From: Octopus sinensis
Lineage: Eukaryota
Direction of reading: 5' to 3'
Length of the DNA: 64,000 nt
Assembly (NCBI RefSeq): GCF_006345805.1
Contig: NC_043007.1
Coordinates: forward strand, 55,738,001 to 55,802,000
Below, in pieces: positions 45,606 through 58,489 of this stretch (positions within the stretch are counted from its first letter, which is position 1; each line of letters starts with the position of its first letter). The position numbers and the translations under genes are program-made. The notes under the pieces were generated by a model. The model searched no databases, was not told where the DNA came from, and saw only the letters and a list, made by a program, of their open reading frames with translations.

Positions 45606-46399
45606 TGTATTTTCGACGTTTTTCTCGTGTTTTCGTCGATTTTCTGCTTACTCTGGTATTTGTGCTGCAAGGTATTTGGCTCTTCTAACTAGTTCATTTT
45701 CCTCCTTGTTGTACATTGTCTATATTTTATGCCGCCTTAGCAATTTACAAATGTCCTCAAGAGACTGCTAAACGTTTATCTTTCACTAACATAGAAGTAC
45801 ACTGTGTGTGTATTATAAAATAAACACTATATTTGAACACATTTGATTTATAGCTTAAAAGGTGATTAAGCCGAATAACAAAATTATTCAGATACATGAA
45901 GATTGATGAAACTTAAAGAAATGCGATGTCATTATAATGATGCAGAGGAATTTAAAAAGAATAGGCTATGGATATATCTGAAATAATTCCTTCTTCCGCG
46001 TTGTATTCATAGTCCATAAATATTTGGCAGTAGATTTTACAAAACTTACTTTCGAGGTCTACACACGAGTCAATATGATTGGTCAAACTATGTTCACGTA
46101 GGTGTTAATGTCTTTTATGGCAACACAATTAATTTCTCGTTACTGGTCTTGCCTTTTATGGCAATATAGTTAGGCTATGGTCTTAAATTGAAGAATCTAA
46201 CCCATATTTAACAAATGAACGTGGAAAACCTATTTCCCAAACACTAAATCTTTGCATCAATGGTCTCTTTATTTCAACTGTTCCATAAATAAGTACTACA
46301 AACACCTAAGGATTGATGAAAATAATTCATGCAAAGGTACTATGAACAAGGATAGAATAAACATAGACTGTTACATAAGACTTAAAAAGGTATGGTAGG

Positions 46400-47520
46400 T
46401 ATCCTCTTAGAAAACAATATCCCACTATGCAGCTGTGGTACTCATTTGCAGTACTCATATTTAGGATACTTGATTGGTCTGTAGAGGAAATCTGCTCCAT
46501 AGACTTAAAAACATGAGAATTATTTGACTGCAAATTTTCACAGAAACACCAACAGCAACAGATTTTATGTCAGTAGGAAGTGGACAGACAGCTTTTGATT
46601 GGCGCATGATATCATTCAGACAGCATCTGTTAAAGAAAAGCAATAAAAATAAACATATCAGCCATATGCTGAAAAAGGAAGTGAAAAACAACTGCGGGTC
46701 GGTGACAAACATTCGCTTTTCAATGACCTTCCCATACGATCCCACAAGCTCGCATATCTCAGCAAAAACCTGGAAGAAACAACACTCGACATACTACAAA
46801 AGTAAGTTTATGTAAGGATATATTGCCCGTTAACTAGAAAAAGACGACAGTATTAACATGAAATATGGCTGCCCCTTGACTTGTGAATTTTACATCCTAT
46901 CACATGTTAAAGTCTATGCATTCACACCCCAAAAGCAGGAGATAGCTACAAGCTATCTCAGAAGTAACGAGACAGACAATCCCAATATTCAACCCAGTTT
47001 TCAAAATCCCTGTATTCAACTGAAGATTCGATTGTGCTACTCTTTTGCGGACAACATAACACATAATCAACTGTTGGCAAAAAATGCCATCAAAGTACTA
47101 CCTTCCATTGAGACAAGACGTTGTTGCTAAAAACAATATATCTACAATGCCATCCACCCAAAAAAGGCTGCCTTGGCTAAATATAAATAACACCCCTACT
47201 ATTTGCACAAGGAGTATTGGTGGAACATTCTCGTCAAAATTTTTGCCAAATTCAAACACAACAGACTTGACATCGTTATCTGTTATGTGAAAGAAAAGTC
47301 ATGTACAATCATAGAGATTAGTTGTTCTGCAAATCTGAACACCTCTTCCAAAATTAGGGAGAAGGAGAATATCAATGGGCAACTGCTTCGAAAAGTGCAA
47401 CTCCTCTACTTTATTATAAATCCAAATTCATACTAATAACCACTGGTGCACTCGATCATGTTTGTAAATGCCAGAGAAGCTATGGAGTTTCAAGCAAAGA
47501 AAGAGACGAACTTTGCAGGT
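46400..47520 (+). mobile_element. Decayed RLE-type non-LTR retroelement of a different subfamily from the Dong copies
   Basis: ILDWSVEEICSIDLKT; RLCYSFADNITH..MPSKYYLPLRQDVVAK (CCHC region); EYWWNILVK..KHNRLDIVI..CTIIEISC..KIREKEN (RLE). Confidence 0.75.
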
Positions 47521-48674
47521 ACAATCTATAAGTGAAACAGTAAAGATATGCATTCAGTCATAGAAAAACCGCCTCAATAGAATTCTTATGCACGCCACCA
47601 GAGACAAATGAACATAACAATGATTATATAAATCTCATCAGATCCTGCATTGATTCATCTGATGTTGATTCTCACCCAATACTTATTTTCTCTGGCATGC
47701 GACATTTCATTTCAGTGGCAACTGGCATCATCTCTTAAATAATCCACATATTAACTGTCAGAGGGATCACAATTCAAGAATCTTCCTACTATTCTATTAT
47801 TCGTGGATTTTTCAAAAACCTTTATCTCAGTTCACTGAGGAAAAAGGCAATGCATGCTATTAGCCTATGAATTTCTCAAGAAATAATAGATGCAATTATG
47901 ATACTCTATAAAAGTACTTGAGTGAAAGTGTATTCATCTGACAGGAACACAGAAATGTTCGGCTCAGAATTTTTCTTGCTCGTGTTTTACAAGGAAACAC
48001 TTTTTCACATTTTTTATTCAAACTCTATTTTTAATATGCCTTCTGCACTCTGCACAGTAGTTTACAACAAAAAAATTAGCAGAACCAAGAAGTTCCAGAA
48101 AATGTCGTGATTTCTCCACAAAATCTAAGAGGCCTCCTATTGTCTGGAAGAAGCCTTGTGACTTCTGTCACTATGTTAAGGCTAGAAAACTGGAATTCAC
48201 TAGTCAAAACTTAGAAGGTGCAATTGCCTTGTTGTTTAAAAATATGATAAAACCAATAAATTCTTTTATTTACCTTGAGAGGAACATATCTTTAGAGCTA
48301 GATGCTAAACTCTGTATCAGCAATGGAAATTTAAATATGTAGAGAATCTTAAAAGAAACTTCAATATAGTAGTAGAATTTGTGATGCTTTGTGGCTCTTT
48401 CATCTGATACTAACTTCTTGACTTGAAACTAAGCTGGAGAGCACTACACTTGTATGCTTCATAATATTTCTAATATATCATAAAAAGAAAACCTTACAAA
48501 AAAATAAATATATAAAATAATAAATTATGCAATACGCTACTTAAAATATCAGAAATCGTTTGAGGCAGAGGAGTTTGATTTGTTGGACACCACGGGATAA
48601 GTAAGGAGGAAATGATATTACTATCACCATGCTTCTAGGCACCTCAATGGCAATAGAACACATACATACATACA

Positions 48675-48705
<31 letters not shown>

Positions 48706-49565
48706 TCATACATATTCATGTATAAATATATACGTACACACAAGTACACACACACACACACACACAAACAGACAAACACACTTCCTTTTCGTTTTGAGCT
48801 TTCAAGGTTTTTGATGTGATTTTGTACGTTGAAACAAATTTTGTTGTCTCGGGAGGGTCATTATGCCAATAAAAATTAAAATAAACATACGCACTGGTCC
48901 AGTACCACTTCTTTATTTTATCAACTAATTAAACAACGGTTGTTAGTTTTCTCTTTTAGAGTCCTTTCATCGTCACTGTTCTCCATCTCATCAATGAATT
49001 GCCCTTACCCTTTAAGGTTTGCTTATGTGTATGTGTGTGAGTGCTTTCTTAGGCGTGTGCGTTTTTTCTGAGTGTGTGTGTATGTGGTGGAGTCAGTTAT
49101 TTTTGAATAGGTAAGCGTCTGTGTGTGTTTGCGTGTGTGTTCTCACGTATATGTGCGTTGTGTACGCGTGCATGTGCATGTATGTGTATGTCTTCATGTG
49201 TGCGTGTATGTGAGCGTGTGTGAGTGTGAATGTGTGTGTCCTTGTGTGTATAGGAACTAGGCACAGCAGCTGAAACTAGCCAATGTTGATAAGAGATCGC
49301 AAGTGGAACCCCCCTGTAGGTGATGATTAATTCTGCTTTCGCTGCCCAAGTCATGGGAAAGCAAACAGTCAAAGTGGCAAACTGCTTGTGACCCTGAGGT
49401 ACTTATTGACGATATGGAAGGGTTTCCAGTATTGTGATCGATTTAGAAGAGCTTCCAAAACCTTTGAGATGCTCTTGCAAATTCTTACTGGGGCAAAGCA
49501 CTTCTAATGTTTAATGTACCTATGTATGTATGTATGTATGTATGTATGTATGTATGTATGTATGT

Positions 49566-49661
<96 letters not shown>

Positions 49662-49662
<1 letters not shown>

Positions 49663-49735
49663 TATTAAATTAGAGATAAAACCACTATTAGGCAAATCAA
49701 ACAGTGAAAAACATGTATGTATGTATGTATGTATG

Positions 49736-49771
<36 letters not shown>

Positions 49772-49824
49772 TATTAAATTAGAGATAAAACCACTATTAG
49801 GCAAATCAAACAGTGAAAAACATA
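49662..49824. repeat. About 53-bp direct duplication separated by microsatellite
   Basis: tatattaaattagagataaaaccactattaggcaaatcaaacagtgaaaaacat at about 49662 and about 49770. Confidence 0.85.
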
Positions 49825-52662
49825 AACCAAAACATAGAAATAAAATTAATTAATATAATATACAAAATATATAAAATATAAAATTAAAAATTTTAATTAT
49901 TTAAATTTAAAGTTAAAATTTAAAAAAAAAATTTTTATTATTAATTTATACTTATAAATTTATATATATATTTTTAAATCCTTAAAATTGTTTTAGCCCG
50001 AAGGCCGCGGCCATGCTGGGGCACCACCGCTGAATGAGCTACACTAATATGTGAATCCACCTCTGATACGTGGCACTTGATCAACAAGGGAGTTCGATGC
50101 TGCTGTCCGCATCTGCGTCTCCTGTCGTGAGGTAGGTTCATCTGGGACTCCCGACAAGAAGAGATCCAGTTTAGTTTTAAAGAAACCCACATCCACACCA
50201 TGTAAGTCTCTCAGGCATTTAGGGAGGATGTTAAAGAGCTGTGGTCCTCTGAAACCCAAGTTGTTGCAGTATCTGGACCTGTATTTTGATGGTGATGTTG
50301 GAATCTTTGGCACCAAGCAGTGGCGCCTCGTTCTGCGGTTGGGTTAAATTTGAATGCCAAACTTTGGAACAAGACCCTCCAGGATTTTCTAGATGTATAT
50401 CACCGCATATCTCTCCCGCCTCCGCTCTAGGGAGAAGAGGTTTAATACTTTCAGTCTTTCCTAGTAGCTGATATTTTGCATTGAGACGATTTTCTTTGTG
50501 TAGCTTCTCTGAATTGCTTCGAGTTCTGCTGTTAGTTTTATATTGTGTGGTGACCATAGTTGGGAGCAGTAGTCCAAGCGGCTGAGGACGAATGTTTTCC
50601 ATAAGACCATCAGTTCGGAGAATCAATCCAGCTAGCCGTCTGCATTTTATCATCAGATTAGTAATATGCACTTGGAAAGATGCATCATTGCTTATGTCAA
50701 TGCCCAGGTCGCGCACTGATTTCTGACTCTGGGATTGCAATTCTTCCTGGGCCAGTGTATCCAGTCTGCACGTCGTTTACCTTTGTGTGCCGGTAGCGCA
50801 GGGCCTGGAACTTACCTGCATTAAACTGCATGTTGTTGTCCTCAGCCCACCTGTATATTGTATCCAACTCCTGTTGCAGATGCGCAATATTTTCAGGGTT
50901 TTGTATTGTGTGGGAGACTTTTGTGTCATCTGCATAGCTAGCAAGGGTGGCCATCGTAGCAGCTGAAGGCATGTCTGAAAGGGCCACTATGAACATCAGT
51001 GGCCCCAAGACAGTGCCCTGTGGAACGCCGCTTGTTATTTGTGTTTCCTTGGAGGTGGCTCCATTGCTCACAACTGCCTGTCTTCTGTCTTTTAGGAAGT
51101 TGTGCAGCCACTCTCCAAGTTTTCCGCCTATGCCGAGACCACGCAGTTTGTGATAGATCATACCATGGTCGACTTTATCAAAGGCTTTTGCAAAGTCGAG
51201 ATATATTACATCCACATTTGAGCCATTTAGTAGCTGTTTTAACACCCAGTAATAGTGTTGCAGGAGCTTTGTTAGGCAGCTTCTATCTGGTCGAAATCCG
51301 TGCTGGGTCATTTTCTTCAAGGAACATGATTAGTTTCTTACTCACTATTCGTTCCATGACTTTGCTGATGTGTGAGGTCAGAGAGATAGGCCTATAATTT
51401 TTAGCATCTGCTCTGCTTCCTCCCTTATGGATAGGGCATATTACCCCCTCTTTCAATTTGACTGGGAGTTTACCACTTGCAAGAAAGCTCTGAAAAAGAA
51501 GCTGTAGCGGTTTTGCAAGGGCTCGTTTGCACGATTTGAGAAGGATCGCTGGAAATCCATCAGGTCCAGCAGCTGAGTTTGTGTCAATCTCATCTATGGC
51601 TAATGTGATACCATCATCTTCAATATTGATGTACTCAAGTTTTGCCTCTTTGGCCGCAGGTAAAGTGGCAAAGAATTCTTCTGGGTTGTTTTCTTGCCTG
51701 TGTCCTAGAGGTGTAGTGAACACACTTTGGAATTGTTCGTTCAGTATTTCACTTATCCTCGTGGGATTTCCTGTGAGAGAGCCATCTTTTTGGAAGAGAG
51801 GTCCTATTCTCTGGTGCACTGTGGCTGTCTCTTTGGCAAACTTAAAGAAAGCTTTAGGGTTTGATTTTATATTTTCTATTACCCAAGCTTCTTTATCTGC
51901 TCTCTCCTTTTCATGAGACTGATGCAGACTTTTCTCAATTTCCATTAGCATTCTCTCGAGCCGAAACTTCTCACCACTTTTGGTGCTCAGGCGGTTCGCA
52001 ATCCTTGTCCGTCGTCTCATAAGAATCTTCCTTTCTCTAGGGATCCTGTTTTTGTTTTTGCCTGTGCTGGCCCTGCACAATGGGACATATTTGTCACATA
52101 TGGCTTGTATTATGGACATGAAGTGTTTGTGTTTCATGTTAATGTCCGGTGTGGAGAGACATTTAGGCTAATCCTGTTTGAGGATCTCTTTCTCAATCAA
52201 CTTCCAGTTTGCTTTATGAAAGTTTAAGTTGGAGAGATGGTGGATGCTTCGTATAGGCTGTGTGTCTACGGGGGCTTTTGGTCCATACATAGACAGCTCT
52301 ATTATGTTGTGATCCGAGATCATTGTCGGCATCACTTTAACATTATGGATAATATCCATATTGTTTGTGAAGCAGAGATCCAGTATATTATCTGCCCTTG
52401 TTGGTTGCAGAACTATTTGCTCCATGAAAAAGGCATTTGTGAGATGGAGCAGGGACTCTGCCTGTGCCTGCTGATGGTGTGTCATCCCTGAGAGCATCTC
52501 CCCCCACCCCCAGGCCATTCCACATTGGGGAAGTTAAAGTCACCCATGAAGAATACACTGTTGTGTTGTTCAATGTTGGTGAGGACTTCTATTTTTGTTA
52601 GGCAGTCTTCAAACATGCCTGAGTGATTTGGGGCATCTGGTGGGCGATATGTAGTGCATATT

Positions 52663-52720
52663 TTTGATTTTGATTTTTCCAGTTTCAGCTAATGAGCTGT
52701 GGCCATGCTGGGGCACCGCC
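52663..52720 (-). mobile_element. 58-bp LINE/SINE 3'-tail insertion interrupting the CR1 endonuclease
   Basis: ggcggtgccccagcatggccacagctcattagctgaaactgg(aaaatc)n splits NIVI/CTTYRPPDAP; att on both sides. Confidence 0.85.
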
Positions 52721-53022
52721 ATTACGATATTCAGTTGTCTTATGTGTACAATTTGAGTTTCACACACTGAGTTTGAATATGACAACAGGACCTGCGGCGT
52801 GAGGTCATCTCGGATGTACATTGCAACTCCACCATGGCTCCTCCCTTTTCTATCTGTGCGTATGACTGCATATTGCGGCATGTGTATTTCTGCATCACCT
52901 ATATCGGGTTCAAGATGCGTTTCTGTGAGTGCCATGCATATAGCTTGATTGCATGTCACAAGGTCTCTTGGGAATGAGATTTTCCTTTTACAGTTTCCAC
53001 GAAATATTTTTGTGGTGTCTGT

Positions 53023-53101
53023 GGTGGCCATCCTGCATCTGTTGGTGGTGGCCATCCTGCATCTGTTGGTGGTGGCCATCCTGCATCTGTTGGTGGTGGC
53101 C
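53023..53101. repeat. 24-bp tandem repeat x3.3 in ORF1 C-terminal region (PPTDAGWP repeats)
   Basis: ggtggccatcctgcatctgttggt repeated three times. Confidence 0.95.
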
Positions 53102-53484
53102 TTATGTGGTGGTAGTTCCAGCTTTGTGCTTGTAGCCAAGTCAGCTGCTGAACAATTTTTTGTGCTATGCACAAAAAAGATTGCTGTTCAGCTGCTGCCC
53201 TTCTCACATCTGGGTGAAGCTGGCCATTTGTTGGGTTACCGCGCACCACATCAGCATATCGTCTTTCAGGAGTGGTCAGTGCGCTATTTTTCCTTCTTTT
53301 ATATTTTTCTTTTTCTTTTTGTTCTCCCCAAGGGGGGGACCCCTGTCTCGCGTCCATGCGGTTTTGGTAGGGCTTCTGATGTGCAAAGCGACATTTCGCA
53401 CCTTCGACGCCGTACCAGCAGTCCCCCTTCAGGTAGAATTTGCAGATGTTTCTTCCTTTGCCCTTATCGTTCTTGCTGGAGTTC

Positions 53485-53563
<79 letters not shown>

Positions 53564-53569
53564 TTTATT

Positions 53570-55110
53570 TTTACTTATTATTTTTTAATTTTTTAAATTA
53601 TATATTTATTTAATTTTATTTAATTAAAAATTTTTTTTATTTTAAATATATATAACTATCAAAAAGTATTAAAAAGTTTAATATAAGATAAAAAGTAAAG
53701 CCACTACGATCGTTTCATGCCCATAACCAAATTCGAATAACAATAATTTAAATTCAATTAATAATTCAAATTATGGTTATAGTCAATTTTCAGGTTAATG
53801 ATAATATTTAGATAAATAATCAAATTTATTTAAACAATATTTTTTAAAAAAATAAATAAAATAATAATAATATATTTATATTTAAGATTTTAAAATTTTA
53901 AAATTTAAATATTTTAATAAGTCTTATTGTATAATTTTGTATTTTATAAATAATGATTGTTACGTAATGTTTTAGTTATCGTAGTTTTTTCTATATACTT
54001 ATTAGATTTTAACTCTACGTTTATTGGTAAGACTTTACTTAGCCAAAGAGTTATATAGATCGTTAACAGTTATACGAGTTTTTTTAAAGTTAGGTTTCAT
54101 GTATATACATGTATTGATAGCATAAATTTTAGGCTTCAATAACTATATTTGTTGATAGTTATTTTAAATATTCTATAATTGTTATTATAACTTATATATT
54201 GTTTTTTTTTTTGATAATTGGTAGTAATATTTTTTCCATTAGTAAATATATTCGTAGTATTTATTGGATACTATATAACTACGGATTGATTATTTCATTA
54301 AGTATTTTATTATTTCATTTTAGTTCTTAACTATACGGTTTTTGTAAGTTATTAATTAGCCAACGAGATATATGGATCGTTAATTAGTTATAGCGTTCTT
54401 TTAAGATAGTTTGTTTGTTTGTTTACAATTAGCTTTATCATCTTTAATCTTTTAATATACTTATAAGTAATAATGATTAATTAATTTATTAGGTCTTTAT
54501 TATACGTGCATATATATTTATTGATAGAGATAATTTTAGATCTTAATTCTTATATTTATATACATTTATATATATTCATTGATAATTTAGTTATTATTCA
54601 AATATTATATAATTATTTGACTTAAAATTAAATTTAATAAAATGAATAGTGATTGTTTTTGATAAATATTTAGGTAATTAGATTTTGACTATATTTGTGG
54701 GTTTCTTACCTTAAAAATTAATACTTAAAAATTAATATTTAACATAATAATCGATTGTATGACATAATCATAATCGTTAAAGTTTCTAGTTTGATAATAG
54801 AGTTTTTTATAAGAAAAATTATTTTATTTATTTTTAAAAAATACTGTTTAAATATATTTGATTATTTATTTAAATATTATCATTAATCTGAAGATTGACT
54901 ATAACAATAATTCGAATTATTAATTGAATTTAAATTATTGTTATTCGAATTAGGTTATGGGCATGAAACGATCGTAGTGGTTTTACTTTTTATCTTATAT
55001 TAAACTTTTTAATATTTTTTTATAGTTATATATATTTAAAAAAATAAATAAATAAATAAAACTAAATAAATATATAATTAAAAAAGATAAATAAATAAAA
55101 ATAATAATAG
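53570..55110 (-). mobile_element. Extremely AT-rich decayed Penelope-like unit with about 290-bp inverted arms (53570-53865 / 54820-55110) carrying hammerhead-like motifs
   Basis: Arms are reverse complements (ccactacgatcgtttcatgcccataacc / ggttatgggcatgaaacgatcgtagtgg); CTGAAGA at 54888, GAAACGATCGTA at 54965; interior KYIEKTT resembles a mutated YIG motif. Inverted repeat is solid, PLE origin is inference. Confidence 0.6.
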
Positions 55111-55870
55111 AAAAAACGACGTAGTACAGGACTGAGTAAATTAGTTTGGCGTCTTAAAGACAATAATATAACTTTCAAGTTGGATTGGTTTATATTGTCT
55201 GTATCCTTTCCTTTTGATAAGGGCAGAAAATTTTGTAACATTTGTAATTCTGAACTCTTCTATATCTTTTTCGCCAAGGTTCCCCTAGTAAACACACTCA
55301 TAGAAAAATCGTATAAATGTAAGCATTGGCAGAAACACACTTTCCACTCAAATAAATGATATAGATAACCACTGTAGTTTTAACAATTAGCTTCCCGTCA
55401 ACACCACTGCCATAGACAAATTCTTTCCTATGCCTTCGAACTTTCTTTCTGCTCCGTTATATGTTCCATTGCTACTAAATATCTTTGACGTATGTTTATA
55501 TATATATATCTCTATAACACACACAATCAAACACACAGACACAAATTTTACACCTTACTACTAAGTATATTTGACGTTTGTCTCCCTCACACGCACAATC
55601 ACACATACACACACACAGACACAAATGCAGTTATATACACACACTCATACACATACACAAAAACTCGCACTCATTAACACAAGCACACACCCGCACATCC
55701 CCATACATACAGCATACATAGTGTCCCCTACCTATTTTAATACTTCCTCCTTCTACCCATTTTTGACGTCATTGCTTATAACGGATTATTAAAAAAAACA
55801 CTCATTATCACTGTGGTCACCATGTAGGCAATCATCAAAAACTTTTGTTCGTCTCGTGGCTGAAAGAGGC

Positions 55871-55967
55871 TCCTTATCTTTCCTGATGAGAAGATGGCAT
55901 AATGCACCCTTTATTCCTTCGGAATTAAAAGTATGCCGTCTTCGAAACATGTGTCGAGAGTATAGGA
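55871..55967 (+). ncRNA. Type I hammerhead ribozyme with canonical core (family C)
   Basis: Stem I ctttc/gagag (extended by tcct/agga); CTGATGA 55883-55889; 12-bp stem II GAAGATGGCATA/TATGCCGTCTTC; GAAA 55944-55947; quasi-palindromic ACATGTGT stem III; GUC cleavage triplet ending 55955. Confidence 0.8.
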
Positions 55968-56002
55968 ATTTTGTTAAAATCTTCGTTCGACTCCATTCTT
56001 TC

Positions 56003-56097
<95 letters not shown>

Positions 56098-56139
56098 TGT
56101 ATATATATATATATAAATATATGATTGATTGATTGATTC

Positions 56140-56181
56140 TAGTTTCAGCTCATGAGCTGTGGCCATGCTGGGGCACCGCCA
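56140..56181 (-). mobile_element. LINE/SINE 3' tail stub
   Basis: Minus strand ggcggtgccccagcatggccacagctcatgagctgaaactag(aatc)n. Confidence 0.8.
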
Positions 56182-56196
56182 TTTATGTGTATGTGT

Positions 56197-56474
56197 GGTG
56201 GCGCAATGGCCCAGTGGATTGCGGTTTCAATTTCCAGACCGGGCGTTGTGAGTGTTTATTGAGCGAAAACACCTAAAGCTCCACGAGGCTCCAGCAGTGG
56301 GGGTGGCGATCCCTGCTGTTCTCTTTCGCCACAACTTTCTCTCACTCTTTCTTCTGTTGGCCTGCTCGCTTAGCCAGCGGGTGGCGTCATCTGAAGGCTA
56401 AAACATGCGAAGCGCATTGTGACCAGCGATGTGTAACAACATCTGATAGCCTGGTCGGTCACGTGATCACGTGA
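56197..56474 (+). mobile_element. Second SINE family: tRNA-like head with RTE-derived 3' tail
   Basis: A-box-like tggcccagtgg, B-box-like ggtttcaatttcc; 3' tgtgaccagcg..ctga..ctggtcggtcacgtgatcacgtga matches RTE stub 14031-14172. Confidence 0.7.
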
Positions 56475-56511
56475 TATATATATATATATATATTTGTATG
56501 TATATATGTAT

Positions 56512-56557
<46 letters not shown>

Positions 56558-56590
56558 ATGCATATAGATATATATATGTGTATATATATA

Positions 56591-56625
<35 letters not shown>

Positions 56626-57038
56626 TCTTCTACATATATATTCTTCTATATATATATATATATATATATTCTTCTACTCATTTCTGCCATGTGGCTGCTG
56701 TCATACTGGTACACATTCATGGTCTTTTTGATTTCCTCAGTCTGGAGTGTTTCACATCACCACTCCTGTATGTGCCTTTGTACAAATACACACATATTAC
56801 ACATATGTACATGTATGTAGATGTATGTGTATACATATATGTATGTATGTGTGTGTGAGTATATGTGCTTGTGTGTCTAATATACTCATACATCACACTC
56901 ACACAGTCATATATGCATAAATACATAAAGACTTTTAAAAAGTTATGTATATGCTAAAAAATAACACATTTCTACAATGTTGCACATGTGAAAGCAAAAC
57001 AAAAATACACACGTGTGTGTGTGAGTGTGAAAGATAGA

Positions 57039-57078
<40 letters not shown>

Positions 57079-57330
57079 GGAGAGAGAGAGAGACAGAGAG
57101 ATGCAAGAGCATGCATTTATGCTCTTCTGGAAGTCGGTCCCAGTTCTGATAATTGAGCTTGGAGATTTCAAGTGTATCATGCATGAATGTTGAAGTTGAG
57201 GCAAGAGAGATTGAGGAGGCAAGTGAGAATTTGAAAAATTGAATTAGCTGTGTGAATGAGAAGAAGGAAGACAAGGAGAGGAAAATAGAGAAGGCTAGAT
57301 AGCAGTGTATTAAATGCAAATGAGTTTTGG

Positions 57331-57407
<77 letters not shown>

Positions 57408-57496
57408 TGATATATATCATCATCATCCATGCTAACATAGGTGAGAATATATATATATATGTATGTATATGTATATTTATATATGTACGTATACCG

Positions 57497-57534
<38 letters not shown>

Positions 57535-57591
57535 GGAGATAGATAGATAAATAGGTATATCTATCTATCTATCTATCTATCTATCCATCTA

Positions 57592-57635
<44 letters not shown>

Positions 57636-57664
57636 TACACACACATTATACTACATATTTCATC

Positions 57665-57830
57665 TTTTTTTTTACTTGCTTCAGTTATTAGACTTCGGCC
57701 ATGCTGTGGCACCACCTTTTTTTTTTTGCCTCGTCTCTTTTGCCAGACTGCTAAGTAACGCCAATGTAAACACACTAGCGATGTTTGTCACAAGGTACTG
57801 GGGACAAATGCAGGCACAAAGACACACACA
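57665..57830 (-). mobile_element. tRNA-derived SINE, decayed 3' half
   Basis: tttacttgcttcagttattagacttcggccatgctgtggcaccacc.. Confidence 0.7.
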
Positions 57831-58489
57831 TAGATATATAAATATATATATATGTGTGAGTGTTTATTGGGATGTTGGGGTTAGATTATGTGGTATAAAT
57901 GTATTTGGAAAGTGACACTCAAGGGTGCAAACAAAAAACAAAACATGCATACGCACTCAAACACACACACACATACGCTCTCTCACTCACACAAATATTA
58001 GTGAGTATTTTGATGCAAGTTTGTTTGTATGCATGTGCACATGTTCAAATATAATGGGAAGTATGCATTGCACCAGATATTTGGAACTGTTCACTTGGAA
58101 GTTATTACTTTGATTTATGTATATCAGCCTAGAAACTTAATCTTTAGCTCATTGTATTTAGGTTACAGAAATGAAGCAGATTACCATGCCAGCCTACTTA
58201 AAGCCATTAACCTAAAAAGAATTACATGCTTCCATTCTCACACTTATCACTTGCATATATATATATATCATATTTGTTCATGTGTAATTATATAAGTGCC
58301 TTGTGTTTGTTTGCTTGCAATGTCTTTCATTCTCTCTCTTAGTTGCTTTGAACAGCTTTTTTGTATGCTTTTACTATTCACACACTTATACACATACAGA
58401 CATATATATAGAGAGAGGTGGAGAGGGAAAATAAATTCTTGAGTAATAAAAATTATCCCCACTTCAAGAGAAGTTAAACAAATACCTAG

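Larger units (their letters stand above)
49971..53485 (-). mobile_element. CR1-group LINE, near full ORF2 (APE endonuclease + RT) plus 3' part of ORF1 with a CCCH finger; frameshifted
   Basis: ORF1-like CKFYLKGDCWYGVEGAKCRFAH; EN MALTETHL..IRTDRKGRSHGGVAMYIR; RT NYRPISLTSH, QHGFRPDRSC, YLDFAKAFDKVDH, GVPQGTVLGP, YADDTK; C-term FRGPQLFNILP..FKTKLDLFLSGVPDEP. Confidence 0.95.

Noticed and set aside
55295-55365. TLIEKSYKCKHWQKHTF resembling a C2H2 zinc-finger linker
   Set aside because: Second Cys and both His are missing, a stop follows, there is no tandem array; too weak to call even a pseudogene
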